Below are positions 1 to 8,586 of a stretch of DNA of 64,000 bases, piece after piece. Source of the stretch: Marispirochaeta sp. (GTDB lineage Bacteria; Spirochaetota; Spirochaetia; JC444; Marispirochaetaceae); NCBI GenBank assembly GCA_963676835.2, contig CAXXFF010000002.1:109344-173343 (forward strand), read 5' to 3'. Within the stretch, counting starts at the first letter, position 1. The number at the start of each line of letters is the position of its first letter. The notes beneath the pieces are model-generated. The model was given only the letters and a program-made list of their open reading frames with translations. It had not been told where the DNA came from and searched no databases. The position numbers and the translations under genes are program-made.

Positions 1-320
1 CACTTGATATATGGCTTTCTTCCCAAAAGAACAGCATCAAAGACCGTCATATCAACCGATCCTGTATGTTGCGGAACGTAAGCGATTGTCCGGGCACGCT
101 CATTTCTGGTCATGGAAAACACATTTTCCTGCTCAACACATACCGAACCTTCCTGGACAGGACATATGCGGTTGATGCTCTTTAACAAAGTGCTTTTTCC
201 TGCTCCGTTATTACCCAGAATCGCTATACAGCGGTTCTTCTGAATATCAAAACTGACCTCGTCCAGAATATTCCGCGAGGTGCGGCTGTATGCAAAACTG
301 ATACTGTCTATTTCAACCAT
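1..320 (-). CDS. ABC transporter ATP-binding protein (iron-siderophore/cobalamin type), C-terminus outside window
   Basis: Own translation of the minus strand from ATG at 320: MVEIDSISFAYSRTSRNILDEVSFDIQKNRCIAILGNNGAGKSTLLKSI. Walker A is GNNGAGKST. Overlaps the permease stop by 8 nt. Confidence 0.85.
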   Translation of the reverse strand, partial: MVEIDSISFAYSRTSRNILDEVSFDIQKNRCIAILGNNGAGKSTLLKSINRICPVQEGSVCVEQENVFSMTRNERARTIAYVPQHTGSVDMTVFDAVLLGRKPYIK

Positions 321-1392
321 TGGTTTTACCCCCTTTAAACAGAATAAACAGAAACAATGGCGCTCCAAGGAAGGAGGTAATAGCTCCAATGGGCAGGATT
401 ACCGGCGCAATAATCAATCTGCCGAAGGTATCCGCCAGAATCAGAAGCAGTCCCCCGGCTACAGCAGAAGAGGGAATAAGATAGCGGTAATCATTGCCGA
501 CAAATCTGCGCATCATATGTGGAGCAACAAGCCCCACAAAACTGATAATCCCCACAAAAGAAACCGCAACTGCCGAGGTCAGCGAACATATGCTCATACT
601 TACCAGCATGACTGCCCGGGTATTCACACCAAGGCTCTTTGCTGTATCCGCTCCACCTGCCATTGCGTTGTAGTTCCAGCGGTTCAACGAGAAAAAAAGC
701 ATGGCTAAAAACAAAACGATCCCGAGGATTGAAAGTTCCGGCCAGCTTGTTGCCCCAAGATTCCCGAAGGTCCAGAAAACCACGGTGCTGATCTTTGTTT
801 CATCCGCGAAATACTGAAGCAGCGTACTTCCACCGGCAAAAAGAGAACTCAAGGCAACTCCGGCAAGGATAAACCCGCCGGGCCCCAGATCTTTCTTGAG
901 CCCCGACAGGGCGATAACCACAAAAGTGGACAGTGAACCGCAGAGAAATGCGCAGATGGTAACAATGTAGGGGTTATTTATTGAAACCGCTGTAGCTGCT
1001 GAATCGGAGTTCACCACTCCGCCGCCGAATACAATAATGCCCAGAGCGGCGCCGAAGGCCGCCCCATGAGAGACACCAAGGGTCGACGCTGAAGCAAGCG
1101 GGTTTCGTAAAACACATTGCATAACAGCACCTGAAGCCGCCAGGGCGGCTCCGACTATGACAGCAGTAACAACCCGGGGCAGCCGGATATTCATGACAAC
1201 CGTCTGTGTCCGGGCATTCCCTCCGCCGAAAATGGTGGAAAGTACATCGGTCACAGGGATCTTCAACGATCCGGCACTGACGGCAAACAGACTGATCAGA
1301 ACTGTCACAAGTACGGACAATGCAAATACAATGCTTTTCTTCTGCAAAAATGCATCATACTGCTTCTGCTGTGCAATGGATTCAACTGCCAT
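313..1392 (-). CDS. FecCD-family ABC permease (iron chelate / B12 type)
   Basis: 359-aa polytopic membrane protein with typical FecCD/BtuC features: NIRLPRV, LGVSHGAAFGA, and a C-terminal PIGAITSFLGAPLFLFIL. Confidence 0.9.
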   Translation of the reverse strand: MAVESIAQQKQYDAFLQKKSIVFALSVLVTVLISLFAVSAGSLKIPVTDVLSTIFGGGNARTQTVVMNIRLPRVVTAVIVGAALAASGAVMQCVLRNPLASASTLGVSHGAAFGAALGIIVFGGGVVNSDSAATAVSINNPYIVTICAFLCGSLSTFVVIALSGLKKDLGPGGFILAGVALSSLFAGGSTLLQYFADETKISTVVFWTFGNLGATSWPELSILGIVLFLAMLFFSLNRWNYNAMAGGADTAKSLGVNTRAVMLVSMSICSLTSAVAVSFVGIISFVGLVAPHMMRRFVGNDYRYLIPSSAVAGGLLLILADTFGRLIIAPVILPIGAITSFLGAPLFLFILFKGGKTNG

Positions 1393-1395
1393 TGC

Positions 1396-2529
1396 TTATG
1401 CGCCTAAATCGATTTTACAATAACCGTATCCGGCCTCTTCCAGTTTACTCAGATAATTATCTGCTCCCAGAAAAAACTTGAAGATTTCATTTGCCTTTTG
1501 GGTGAAATCGATATCCTTGAACTGTTCCGGATACAGAATGCTCCCGGCATAGTAACTGTTCACAATGGGAATCTCGACATTCGAGTAATATGAGGTTGAA
1601 CTGGGATACTGATACACCGTCCCGCCTTCAACCGCTTGCAGCTGCTTATAAAAATCAGGGTTCTTTTCATAATCAAGCTCAACAAGATTTACTCCTCCGC
1701 TGTCGAGAAAAATAACCTGAGGATTCCATCCGAGAATCTTCTCCTTATCCACAAGCACCCCGCCGGATTTCTCCGCAATTCCTGCAGCAACATCATTAGC
1801 GGCTATTGCCTGAAATACTGCATATTTTGAATAAACCCCCTCAATTCCGTGCGCCCCTTTGAAGGTAGCCGCTGCTCCCAGAACCGAAGGTTTATGAGAA
1901 GCAGGAACGCCTGCCGTTCTTTCTCCAAGATCCTTAAGAGAATCATGAATAAAGGTTATCACCTCATCCGCCCGCTCCGGGACATTGCAGACATCAGCTA
2001 AAATACGCAGAGCCTCCTGGTAATCTTTTCCGAAGAGTGTTCCCATCGGCACAGCTACTACAGGGATCCCGGTCTTGCTCGTAATCTCGTCCGCCAGTTC
2101 CGCATTATAGGAACAGAAAATGACATCAGGATTTACACTGATAATCTGTTCAGGATAGTAGTTGGTTGCCCCCCTGGCATCGGTACCCACCATAGGCACA
2201 TTCGACCAGAGTTCTTTTGTCGCATAGGCATAGGCGGTAACAGGACTGATGGTCTCAGGATCCATCCCACCAACACCGACAACCTTCCCGGCCAATCCGA
2301 GGTAAGTAATCATGCGGGGCGTATTCCCAAGGGGAACAAAGCTCTCCACCACCTTCGGCACCTCAACCTCACGTCCAAGACTGTCAGTGATAATACGTGT
2401 TTCCTCCTGCACAGTCTCTGTTGTCGTATTTTTACTACAACCGGTGAAACCCCCGGCAGCAAGGGCGAAAATCAGCATCGATACGGCAATGTTCTTCATT
2501 TGACGACTCCTTTCTCTTGTAATGTTCAT
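1396..2529 (-). CDS. ABC periplasmic substrate-binding lipoprotein (Fe3+-chelate/cobalamin class)
   Basis: Signal peptide with lipobox FTGCSK. Sits in an operon with the FecCD permease and ATPase (4-nt gap). Confidence 0.8.
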   Translation of the reverse strand: MNITRERSRQMKNIAVSMLIFALAAGGFTGCSKNTTTETVQEETRIITDSLGREVEVPKVVESFVPLGNTPRMITYLGLAGKVVGVGGMDPETISPVTAYAYATKELWSNVPMVGTDARGATNYYPEQIISVNPDVIFCSYNAELADEITSKTGIPVVAVPMGTLFGKDYQEALRILADVCNVPERADEVITFIHDSLKDLGERTAGVPASHKPSVLGAAATFKGAHGIEGVYSKYAVFQAIAANDVAAGIAEKSGGVLVDKEKILGWNPQVIFLDSGGVNLVELDYEKNPDFYKQLQAVEGGTVYQYPSSTSYYSNVEIPIVNSYYAGSILYPEQFKDIDFTQKANEIFKFFLGADNYLSKLEEAGYGYCKIDLGA

Positions 2530-2565
2530 TTCTTAATAAGCAGAATTGCTCATGCAGCCTGTAAC

Positions 2566-3095
2566 TCACCAGCCTCTGGTATAACTGGTGAAACAGTCGG
2601 CACAGACAGTTTTTCCTTCCTGCAGGTGCATTTTATGTTCAGGAGCCCCTTCGCCGCAATTTTCACAAATCAGGGTAGTAAAAAGCCGGGCTCTTTCGGG
2701 AAGCTCAAAATCCGGTGTGGAAAAGGTAAAAATTTCATCCACCGGAGATGCGAGAAGCTGCTGCTGCCACGCTGCCCGGTCCATATCTTTCTCTTTCTTC
2801 CCGGGAATAAGACAGACCCGTATTTTTTTCCGCTGGTTCGGTCGAAGAACGAGAAGGCCTGCTTCCCTGTGCCCCGGTACATCAGGTTCCCCTTTCCAAA
2901 GGTACAGCTTAAGAGAGCCTGCACCGCATCAACACCGCAGGCATCATTCTCGGTTACACAGACAATCTGTTCATCATCAGATACCCCGATCCCCATCTTT
3001 TCCCTGGCCGCCTCACAGGCCTTGAAACCGATGGCAAGTCCGGGACATTCATGGCCGTGAAAATTCACGGCTTTCTGCCATAATTCGCTTTTCAT
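2566..3095 (-). pseudogene. FmdE-family protein (COG2191-like) split by a 1-nt frameshift in an A7 (T7 on + strand) homopolymer
   Basis: The N-terminal ORF (2670..3095) has FHGHECPGLAIGF and ENDACGVDA. The C-terminal ORF (2566..2784) has the zinc-ribbon tail CENCGE..CADC. Adding one A to the run at 2823-2829 joins them as ..SGKKIRVCLIPGKKEKDMDRAAWQQ.. (about 176 aa). Confidence 0.7.
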
Positions 3096-3191
3096 ATGTT
3101 TTCCTTTTTCTGCTGGTACTGCAGGATTTCTCGAGTATTGATGTTGTTTTATGCACTATCTCACCACATATCACATTAATCAACTATTTTT

Positions 3192-3207
3192 AATCACATT
3201 TTTGATT
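3192..3207. promoter_or_regulatory. Inverted repeat AATCA-N6-TGATT in the divergent fmdE/larC intergenic region (possible operator)
   Basis: Read directly: AATCAcattttTGATT, immediately 5' of a TTGACA hexamer at 3206-3211. Confidence 0.25.
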
Positions 3208-3302
3208 GACAATGGTTTTATATGATGTTTTCATACAGGTGTCACCATGCTATAGATCAAGGCCTGTTTTTATCACACATGAAATTACCTGGAGCAGAAG
3301 CA

Positions 3303-4538
3303 ATGAAAACCTTAATATACGATCCTTTTTCCGGAATCAGCGGCGATATGCATATGGGAGCTATGATAGATCTCGGCGTTCCGGAAGAGTACATAATAGA
3401 AAGTCTTAAGTGCCTGAATCTGCCGGGATGGAAGGTTCAGTTCACCCGGGACAGCCGCTGCGGCATTGCAGGAGTACGCGCCGTGGTTCACGCTGAGGGG
3501 GAGCACGATCACTCCCACGATCATGGCCACTCCCACGAGCACGATCACTCCCACGAGCACGATCACTCCCACGAGCATGGCCACTCCCATGTGCATGAAC
3601 ACAGAGGCCTGAAGGAAATTCGCGCCATGATCGAGAACAGCACTCTGTCTGCGGGAGTAAAAAAAAGGAGCCTGGAAATGTTTCAGGTTATCGCAGAAGC
3701 GGAAGCAAAAGTACACGGATCCACGATTAAAGAGGTTCACTTTCATGAGGTGGGGGCTGTGGACTCAATTGTAGATATCGTCACTGCAGCCGCCGCAATA
3801 GAATACCTGAAGCCCGACAGGATACTATCTTTTCCGCCGGAACTGGGAGGTGGTTTTGTAAACTGCGCTCACGGACGGATTCCGGTGCCCGCACCGGCAA
3901 CGGTGGAAATTCTCACCAATATCGAATGCCGCAGGGGAGCTGTCGATAAGGAGACAACCACTCCGACAGGAGCGGCGATTCTTGCAGCAAATGTGGATGC
4001 GTTTATCAGTACCGGCAATTTCTCCATAACAAGCACCGGATATGGACTGGGCAAACGTGAGCTGCCAATTCCCAATGCCCTCCGGGTATTTCTGGCAGAG
4101 ACGGATGAAAAAACCACAACCGAGGCCCTGCTTCTGGAATGTAATGTTGATGACATGAATCCGGAACTCTATGACAATGTTATTACAAGGCTGCTCACCG
4201 CTGGAGCGAAGGATGCCTATCTTACACCGGTGCAAATGAAAAAAAACCGTCCAGGCACACTGCTTAGCGTAATGACAACCTGTGATAAGCGCGAAGAGAT
4301 AGCGGATATCATCTTCCGCGAGACCACCACCGGCGGCCTGCGGGAATTTCCGGTTACCCAGACCATGCTTGAGCGAAAATTTGAAACCTCCAGAACTCCC
4401 TATGGAGATCTGAAACTCAAGAAATTCTTCCATAAGGGAGAATGTGTTTCCTGTAAGGCTGAATACGAGGAAGTGAAGGATCTGGCTGATAAAAACGGAG
4501 TTCCCATGAAAGAGATCTACCGGGAGATTCACTGGTGA
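3303..4538 (+). CDS. larC: LarC, nickel insertion protein (pyridinium-3,5-bisthiocarboxylate mononucleotide nickel chelatase, DUF111)
   Basis: MKTLIYDPFSGISGDMHMGAMIDLG, a His-rich Ni-binding tract, and HFHEVGAVDSIVDIV. GGAG lies 9 nt upstream of the ATG at 3303; the tracked ORF start at 3222 is probably too long. Confidence 0.9.
   Translation: MKTLIYDPFSGISGDMHMGAMIDLGVPEEYIIESLKCLNLPGWKVQFTRDSRCGIAGVRAVVHAEGEHDHSHDHGHSHEHDHSHEHDHSHEHGHSHVHEHRGLKEIRAMIENSTLSAGVKKRSLEMFQVIAEAEAKVHGSTIKEVHFHEVGAVDSIVDIVTAAAAIEYLKPDRILSFPPELGGGFVNCAHGRIPVPAPATVEILTNIECRRGAVDKETTTPTGAAILAANVDAFISTGNFSITSTGYGLGKRELPIPNALRVFLAETDEKTTTEALLLECNVDDMNPELYDNVITRLLTAGAKDAYLTPVQMKKNRPGTLLSVMTTCDKREEIADIIFRETTTGGLREFPVTQTMLERKFETSRTPYGDLKLKKFFHKGECVSCKAEYEEVKDLADKNGVPMKEIYREIHW
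3504..3593 (+). repeat. Five tandem 18-nt units encoding H-[DG]-H-S-H-x (His-rich tract of LarC)
   Basis: cacgatcactcccacgag occurs twice perfectly (3540-3575), flanked by three variant units (cacgatcactcccacgat, catggccactcccacgag, catggccactcccatgtg). Confidence 0.9.
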
Positions 4539-5335
4539 ACTTCAGGCAGAAGTCAGAAGATCTGCAACAGCTGCTGCAGGAACTTCCCGAGTTTGCCATT
4601 GCTTTTTCAGGAGGCGTTGATTCAGGGCTCCTCGCGGCAGCGGCGGTGAGATCAGGAAAAACACCACTGCTGATCACTGTGCGTCCCCCATGGGTTCCAG
4701 AGCGTGAATACCGTGATGCGTCAGCAACAGCAGACTTCCTGGGGATGGTATGGCACTGTATTCCAATGAAAATGCCGGATGAGCTGAAGGATAATCCCGA
4801 TGATCGCTGTTACCTGTGCAAGAAATATATTCTTGAAAACATACGGAATAAAGCCGAAGAGAACGGCATTCACACCATTCTGGACGGCTCCAATGCTGAC
4901 GACAGCAAGGACTACAGGCCGGGAAAAAAGGCACTTCATGAGTTTGCTGTACGGAGTCCGCTGGAAGAGTGCGGATTCACCAAATCCGAAGTCCGCGCCC
5001 TGGCCGCACAGTACAGCCTTGCTATCTGGAACAAACCTGCATACTCCTGCCTGCTCACCAGATTCCCTCACAATACTACTATCGAAGGCACGGTACTTTC
5101 CGCAGTGGAAAAGGGAGAAGATATTCTGATTAACGAAGGATTCCCGGAAGTTCGTCTCCGCAGCCACGGAAACCTGGCGCGCATAGAGATTTCTCCGGAG
5201 GATAGAACCAGGTTCTGTACTCCGGAACGAATGGACCGTATAAACAGCAGCCTAAAAAACATTGGATTCCGCTATGTTTCCCTTGATCTGGAAGGCTACC
5301 GCTGCGGAAAAATGGACAGGACGGACAAAACATGA
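4535..5335 (+). CDS. larE: LarE, ATP-dependent sacrificial sulfur transferase (PP-loop ATPase)
   Basis: PP-loop AIAFSGGVDSGLLAAAA and conserved Cys region AYSCLLTRFP. 4-nt overlap with larC. Confidence 0.9.
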   Translation: MNFRQKSEDLQQLLQELPEFAIAFSGGVDSGLLAAAAVRSGKTPLLITVRPPWVPEREYRDASATADFLGMVWHCIPMKMPDELKDNPDDRCYLCKKYILENIRNKAEENGIHTILDGSNADDSKDYRPGKKALHEFAVRSPLEECGFTKSEVRALAAQYSLAIWNKPAYSCLLTRFPHNTTIEGTVLSAVEKGEDILINEGFPEVRLRSHGNLARIEISPEDRTRFCTPERMDRINSSLKNIGFRYVSLDLEGYRCGKMDRTDKT

Positions 5336-6087
5336 GTACCGAACAGAAACTGGAAGAACTGCTCAATAGCTTCAAGCAGGGAGAAACTGACCTGTACAGC
5401 ACCCGGCAGGCGGTGAAGGATCTCTTTTTTACCGACCTGGGGCATACCAGGCTGGACACCAACCGCGCCGAGCGTACCGGCTATCCCGAAGTAATCTACT
5501 GTGCCGGAAAAACAGCAGACCAGATCCGACAAATCATGCACCACATGAAAAACCGCGGAATCAATATCCTGGCCACCAGAATGAGCGAATCGGTATACAC
5601 GGAACTACAAGCTGAGTTTGGGGAAGGCCGCTACACCGCCGGCCCTGGAATATTTACGCTTACACAGAAACCGGTGGAGAAAAACAGCAAAGGAGAAATT
5701 GCTGTGGTCAGTGCCGGGACCTCGGACTTTCGTGTAGCCGAGGAAGCAGCCCTTACCGCCGAGTTTTACGGCCATACCGTTTCCCGCTACAGCGACGTAG
5801 GAGTAGCGGGCATTCACCGGCTGCTGGCGTCCATCGAAGATATTCGCAGGGCCAGGGTTATAGTAGTGGTTGCCGGAATGGAAGGAGCCCTGGCCAGCGT
5901 CGTGGCCGGACTGGTTCAGTCCCCGATAATCGCCGTGCCCACAAGTGTGGGTTACGGGGCAAACTTTCAGGGACTGACCGCACTGCTTTCAATGATCAAC
6001 AGCTGTTCCGCCGGTATCTCGGTAGTCAACATCGACAATGGATTCGGCGCCGGATTTCTCGCGGGAATGATTAACTCTCTGGAATAG
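5332..6087 (+). CDS. larB: LarB, nicotinic acid adenine dinucleotide carboxylase/hydrolase (PurE-like)
   Basis: YPEVIYCAGKT, IAVVSAGTSDFRVAEEA, VGVAGIHRLL, VVAGMEGALASVVAG. 4-nt overlap with larE. Confidence 0.9.
   Translation: MSTEQKLEELLNSFKQGETDLYSTRQAVKDLFFTDLGHTRLDTNRAERTGYPEVIYCAGKTADQIRQIMHHMKNRGINILATRMSESVYTELQAEFGEGRYTAGPGIFTLTQKPVEKNSKGEIAVVSAGTSDFRVAEEAALTAEFYGHTVSRYSDVGVAGIHRLLASIEDIRRARVIVVVAGMEGALASVVAGLVQSPIIAVPTSVGYGANFQGLTALLSMINSCSAGISVVNIDNGFGAGFLAGMINSLE
6021..6082 (+). repeat. Direct repeat copy 1 (the functional 3' end of larB)
   Basis: 62 nt, 54/62 identical to 7716-7777. The last 29 nt (tttctcgcgggaatgattaactctctgg region) are identical. Confidence 0.9.
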
Positions 6088-6183
6088 GATAAGGGTCCCC
6101 TGAAAATTCTCTGATCAGATACTGATTTTTCCATGGATACCGGAGATACACGTTACAGATTGCTTATCCACCGGTTCAATCTG

Positions 6184-7590
6184 TCAGTTTTCCGGTTCAA
6201 GTGAAATTGAATCCCGGCTATCCAGATAATTGTTTAATTTCTCAACTTCAAATAACGGCAGCCCAATTAGCTTGCTTGTCAACTCTCTACCCGAACCCGG
6301 TTCAGGCAATTTATGATTAATACTGGAAACACGCCGTCTTCGTTCCATAAGATCAAACTTAACAACATACTTTGGACCTTTATCCTCAATATATTTCCAC
6401 AATGATTTTATTTTTCCGGTTTTGCCCGCCTTCACTTCTACAGGAAAGATTTCTCCGCCCCGGGAGTAGATGAAATCAATCTCGGCAGCCCCTTTTCTTT
6501 TGTTGTTAAGCCAGTAATAAAGTTCCGGTACCGGGTTTCCCGGATTGGTAAATTTCAGATGCTGGGCAATAAACTGTTCCGCCATAACACCTTTAGTCAA
6601 AAGCTTATCCGAAGAAAGATTAAATAGATCATTCCATCCCGTATCATTCAGCGCATTGTACAGGCCCACATCCAGGAAGAACAGTTTCACTGTAGACGGA
6701 TTCGTACCTGCAGATAAGGGTAAACCATTGCAATAGGTAAATGTCGTTCTTATTATGACCCCTGCTTTAGCAAGCAGCTCTATAGCTTTTTGAACACTAC
6801 TGGAATGGGTGTTGGAGACATCGGAAAATACAACCTTTTCTCCAAGATGGCCAACCGTATATTCAAAAACATCCAGCGCCCGGGAATACTCTTTATTTAC
6901 TGTGTATTTGGGAATATCATCGCGATACGTTTGTATAATGGAATGATGAATATCCCGGACTTCCTGATAATCACCTCCTTCGGTCCAACACCTGACTGCT
7001 TCGGGCATACCCCCGGTATAGTAATACTCTTTTAACAAAGCAGAGCCATATTCCAGCCAGGTCTGATCAGTTTCATCTTCCAGAGTCATATCATGGATTC
7101 GTTCAAGAAAGATATTCTCTTCTTTTGCCATGAGGAATTCGGTGAATGTCATCGGTCCCAGCTGATAATACTGCACCCTGCCAACGGGCATGGAAAAACG
7201 GGATGAATTCAGAGTAACTTCAAGCAGAGAGCCTGCGGCAATTACTCTCAGCTCAGCTCTTTTTTCATAAAAATAACGAAGTCGATTAATAACTCTCGGC
7301 TGCAGTTGAACCTCATCAAAAAAAATGAGGGATTTTTCAGGAACCACTTTCTTCCCGGAGATAAGCTCAATTTCCTGTAGTACTTTTTCTATGGAGAAGG
7401 ATGTGTCATTCTCTATCTGTCTGAGTTTTACTGTTTCAAAATCCAACTCAATCAGGTCTATATTGTTTTGACTGCAGAAGAGATGAACAAGTGTGGATTT
7501 TCCCACCTGACGGGCACCCCTTAAAATAAGGGGCTTCGACGTTCTGTTTTTATACCAATTTATTAAGAAATCAAGGGCGGACCGCTTCAT
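6184..7590 (-). CDS. AAA+ ATPase (AAA_14 / DUF4143, COG1373-like) with PD-(D/E)xK-like C-terminus
   Basis: Walker A LILRGARQVGKSTL and Walker B LIFFDEVQ. C-terminal AAEIDFIYSRGGEIFPVEVKAGK has the D..ExK pattern. Confidence 0.85.
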   Translation of the reverse strand: MKRSALDFLINWYKNRTSKPLILRGARQVGKSTLVHLFCSQNNIDLIELDFETVKLRQIENDTSFSIEKVLQEIELISGKKVVPEKSLIFFDEVQLQPRVINRLRYFYEKRAELRVIAAGSLLEVTLNSSRFSMPVGRVQYYQLGPMTFTEFLMAKEENIFLERIHDMTLEDETDQTWLEYGSALLKEYYYTGGMPEAVRCWTEGGDYQEVRDIHHSIIQTYRDDIPKYTVNKEYSRALDVFEYTVGHLGEKVVFSDVSNTHSSSVQKAIELLAKAGVIIRTTFTYCNGLPLSAGTNPSTVKLFFLDVGLYNALNDTGWNDLFNLSSDKLLTKGVMAEQFIAQHLKFTNPGNPVPELYYWLNNKRKGAAEIDFIYSRGGEIFPVEVKAGKTGKIKSLWKYIEDKGPKYVVKFDLMERRRRVSSINHKLPEPGSGRELTSKLIGLPLFEVEKLNNYLDSRDSISLEPEN

Positions 7591-7715
7591 ACCATTAATA
7601 ATAGTACAATATCACCAAATTAGCAACCTGTTTAAGAATACAGATACTATATCTGAGGCCTGTTTTAGTAAAATCCATCAATCATGTATTGCATCAGATG
7701 CTTTTCGAGAGTTTA

Positions 7716-7777
7716 GGTAGTCAACATCAATAACGGCTTCGAAGCAGGTTTTCTCGCGGGAATGATTAACTCTCTGG
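7716..7777 (+). repeat. Direct repeat copy 2 (orphan, diverged larB 3' end fragment)
   Basis: Encodes VNINNGFEAGFLAGMINSL versus VNIDNGFGAGFLAGMINSL in larB. Preceded by an in-frame TAG; ends 1 nt before the stop of the convergent pentapeptide gene. Confidence 0.9.
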
Positions 7778-7778
7778 C

Positions 7779-8399
7779 TCAGTCCTTTATCTCAATCCCA
7801 AACCCGCTTAAAAGAGACAGCACATCCGGAACTGAGAATACCGCCTGCTTTAATTTGTTCGAATACGGGTCTATTGCATATCCCTCTGCCTGATAAAACG
7901 AGGCTTTCCGCAAATCCGAGGAATCAAACAGGGTGTCCGAAAATTTCGCACCGGTAAAATCTGCTTCCACCAGATAGCTGTTCTGAAAAGCGCAGCCGGA
8001 AATCTCACAATTGCTGAAGTCAGAACCCTTCATGGAAAGATCACTGAAATTGCAGCTGCGTATAAGACACCCGGGAAAAGACGGGCTGAATGCCATGGGG
8101 CTGCATTTATAAAAGCGAAGGCCTAACAGCTTACACTCATTAAACTTTGTATCGATAAAACTGGTATCATCAATCAGGGTGTTGCTGATATTGCAGCCGG
8201 AAAAAGTACAGGATTCAAAACTGCTGCCCGCAAAAGAAGTTTCTATAAAAGTGCAGTTGTAAAAGCGGCAGCTGTAGAACTCCATACCACTCATGTTATT
8301 GGATGAAAAGTCGCGTCCGCGGAACTCTTTATTCTGGTAGTCATCTTCAGTCAGCTCAAACATGGGGAGAATAATACACCTCCATAACATGGTTTCCAA
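7779..8399 (-). CDS. Pentapeptide-repeat protein, Qnr/MfpA-like size and layout
   Basis: Continuous A(D/N)LxX-type repeats (FRGRDFSSNNMSGMEFYSCRFYNCTFIETSFAGSSFESCTFSGCNIS...), about 200 aa. Alternative start at M13 (8363). Confidence 0.85.
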   Translation of the reverse strand: METMLWRCIILPMFELTEDDYQNKEFRGRDFSSNNMSGMEFYSCRFYNCTFIETSFAGSSFESCTFSGCNISNTLIDDTSFIDTKFNECKLLGLRFYKCSPMAFSPSFPGCLIRSCNFSDLSMKGSDFSNCEISGCAFQNSYLVEADFTGAKFSDTLFDSSDLRKASFYQAEGYAIDPYSNKLKQAVFSVPDVLSLLSGFGIEIKD

Positions 8400-8586
8400 T
8401 CCCGCAGCGTGAACATCCGGGAAGCACTACATATCCAGGCCCAGTCAGTATTCTGGAAAGCTCCCTTAAAAATCACTGTTTATAATTTCCCTTCCGGCCT
8501 CACAAAGATTACATTATCTGTAATATATAATCCTGCTTTTTCCATGAGAGAATGGAAACTGGCAGTACTTTTCCTGGAGATTGAAT

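Noticed and set aside
280-708. 142-aa plus-strand ORF and similar antisense ORFs over the ABC permease and binding-protein genes
   Set aside because: They are antisense to well-supported transporter genes, with Arg/Gln/Asn-rich nonsense-like composition.
3096-3302. Cobalamin or other riboswitch in front of the Fec-type ABC operon
   Set aside because: The region is AT-rich with no B12-box-like GC-rich core, and it is shared with a divergent promoter. I could draw no conserved riboswitch features.
3504-3593. Tandem 18-nt repeats as a possible CRISPR or minisatellite
   Set aside because: There are no spacers. The repeats are in-frame codons for the LarC His-rich tract, so I report them as a coding repeat only.
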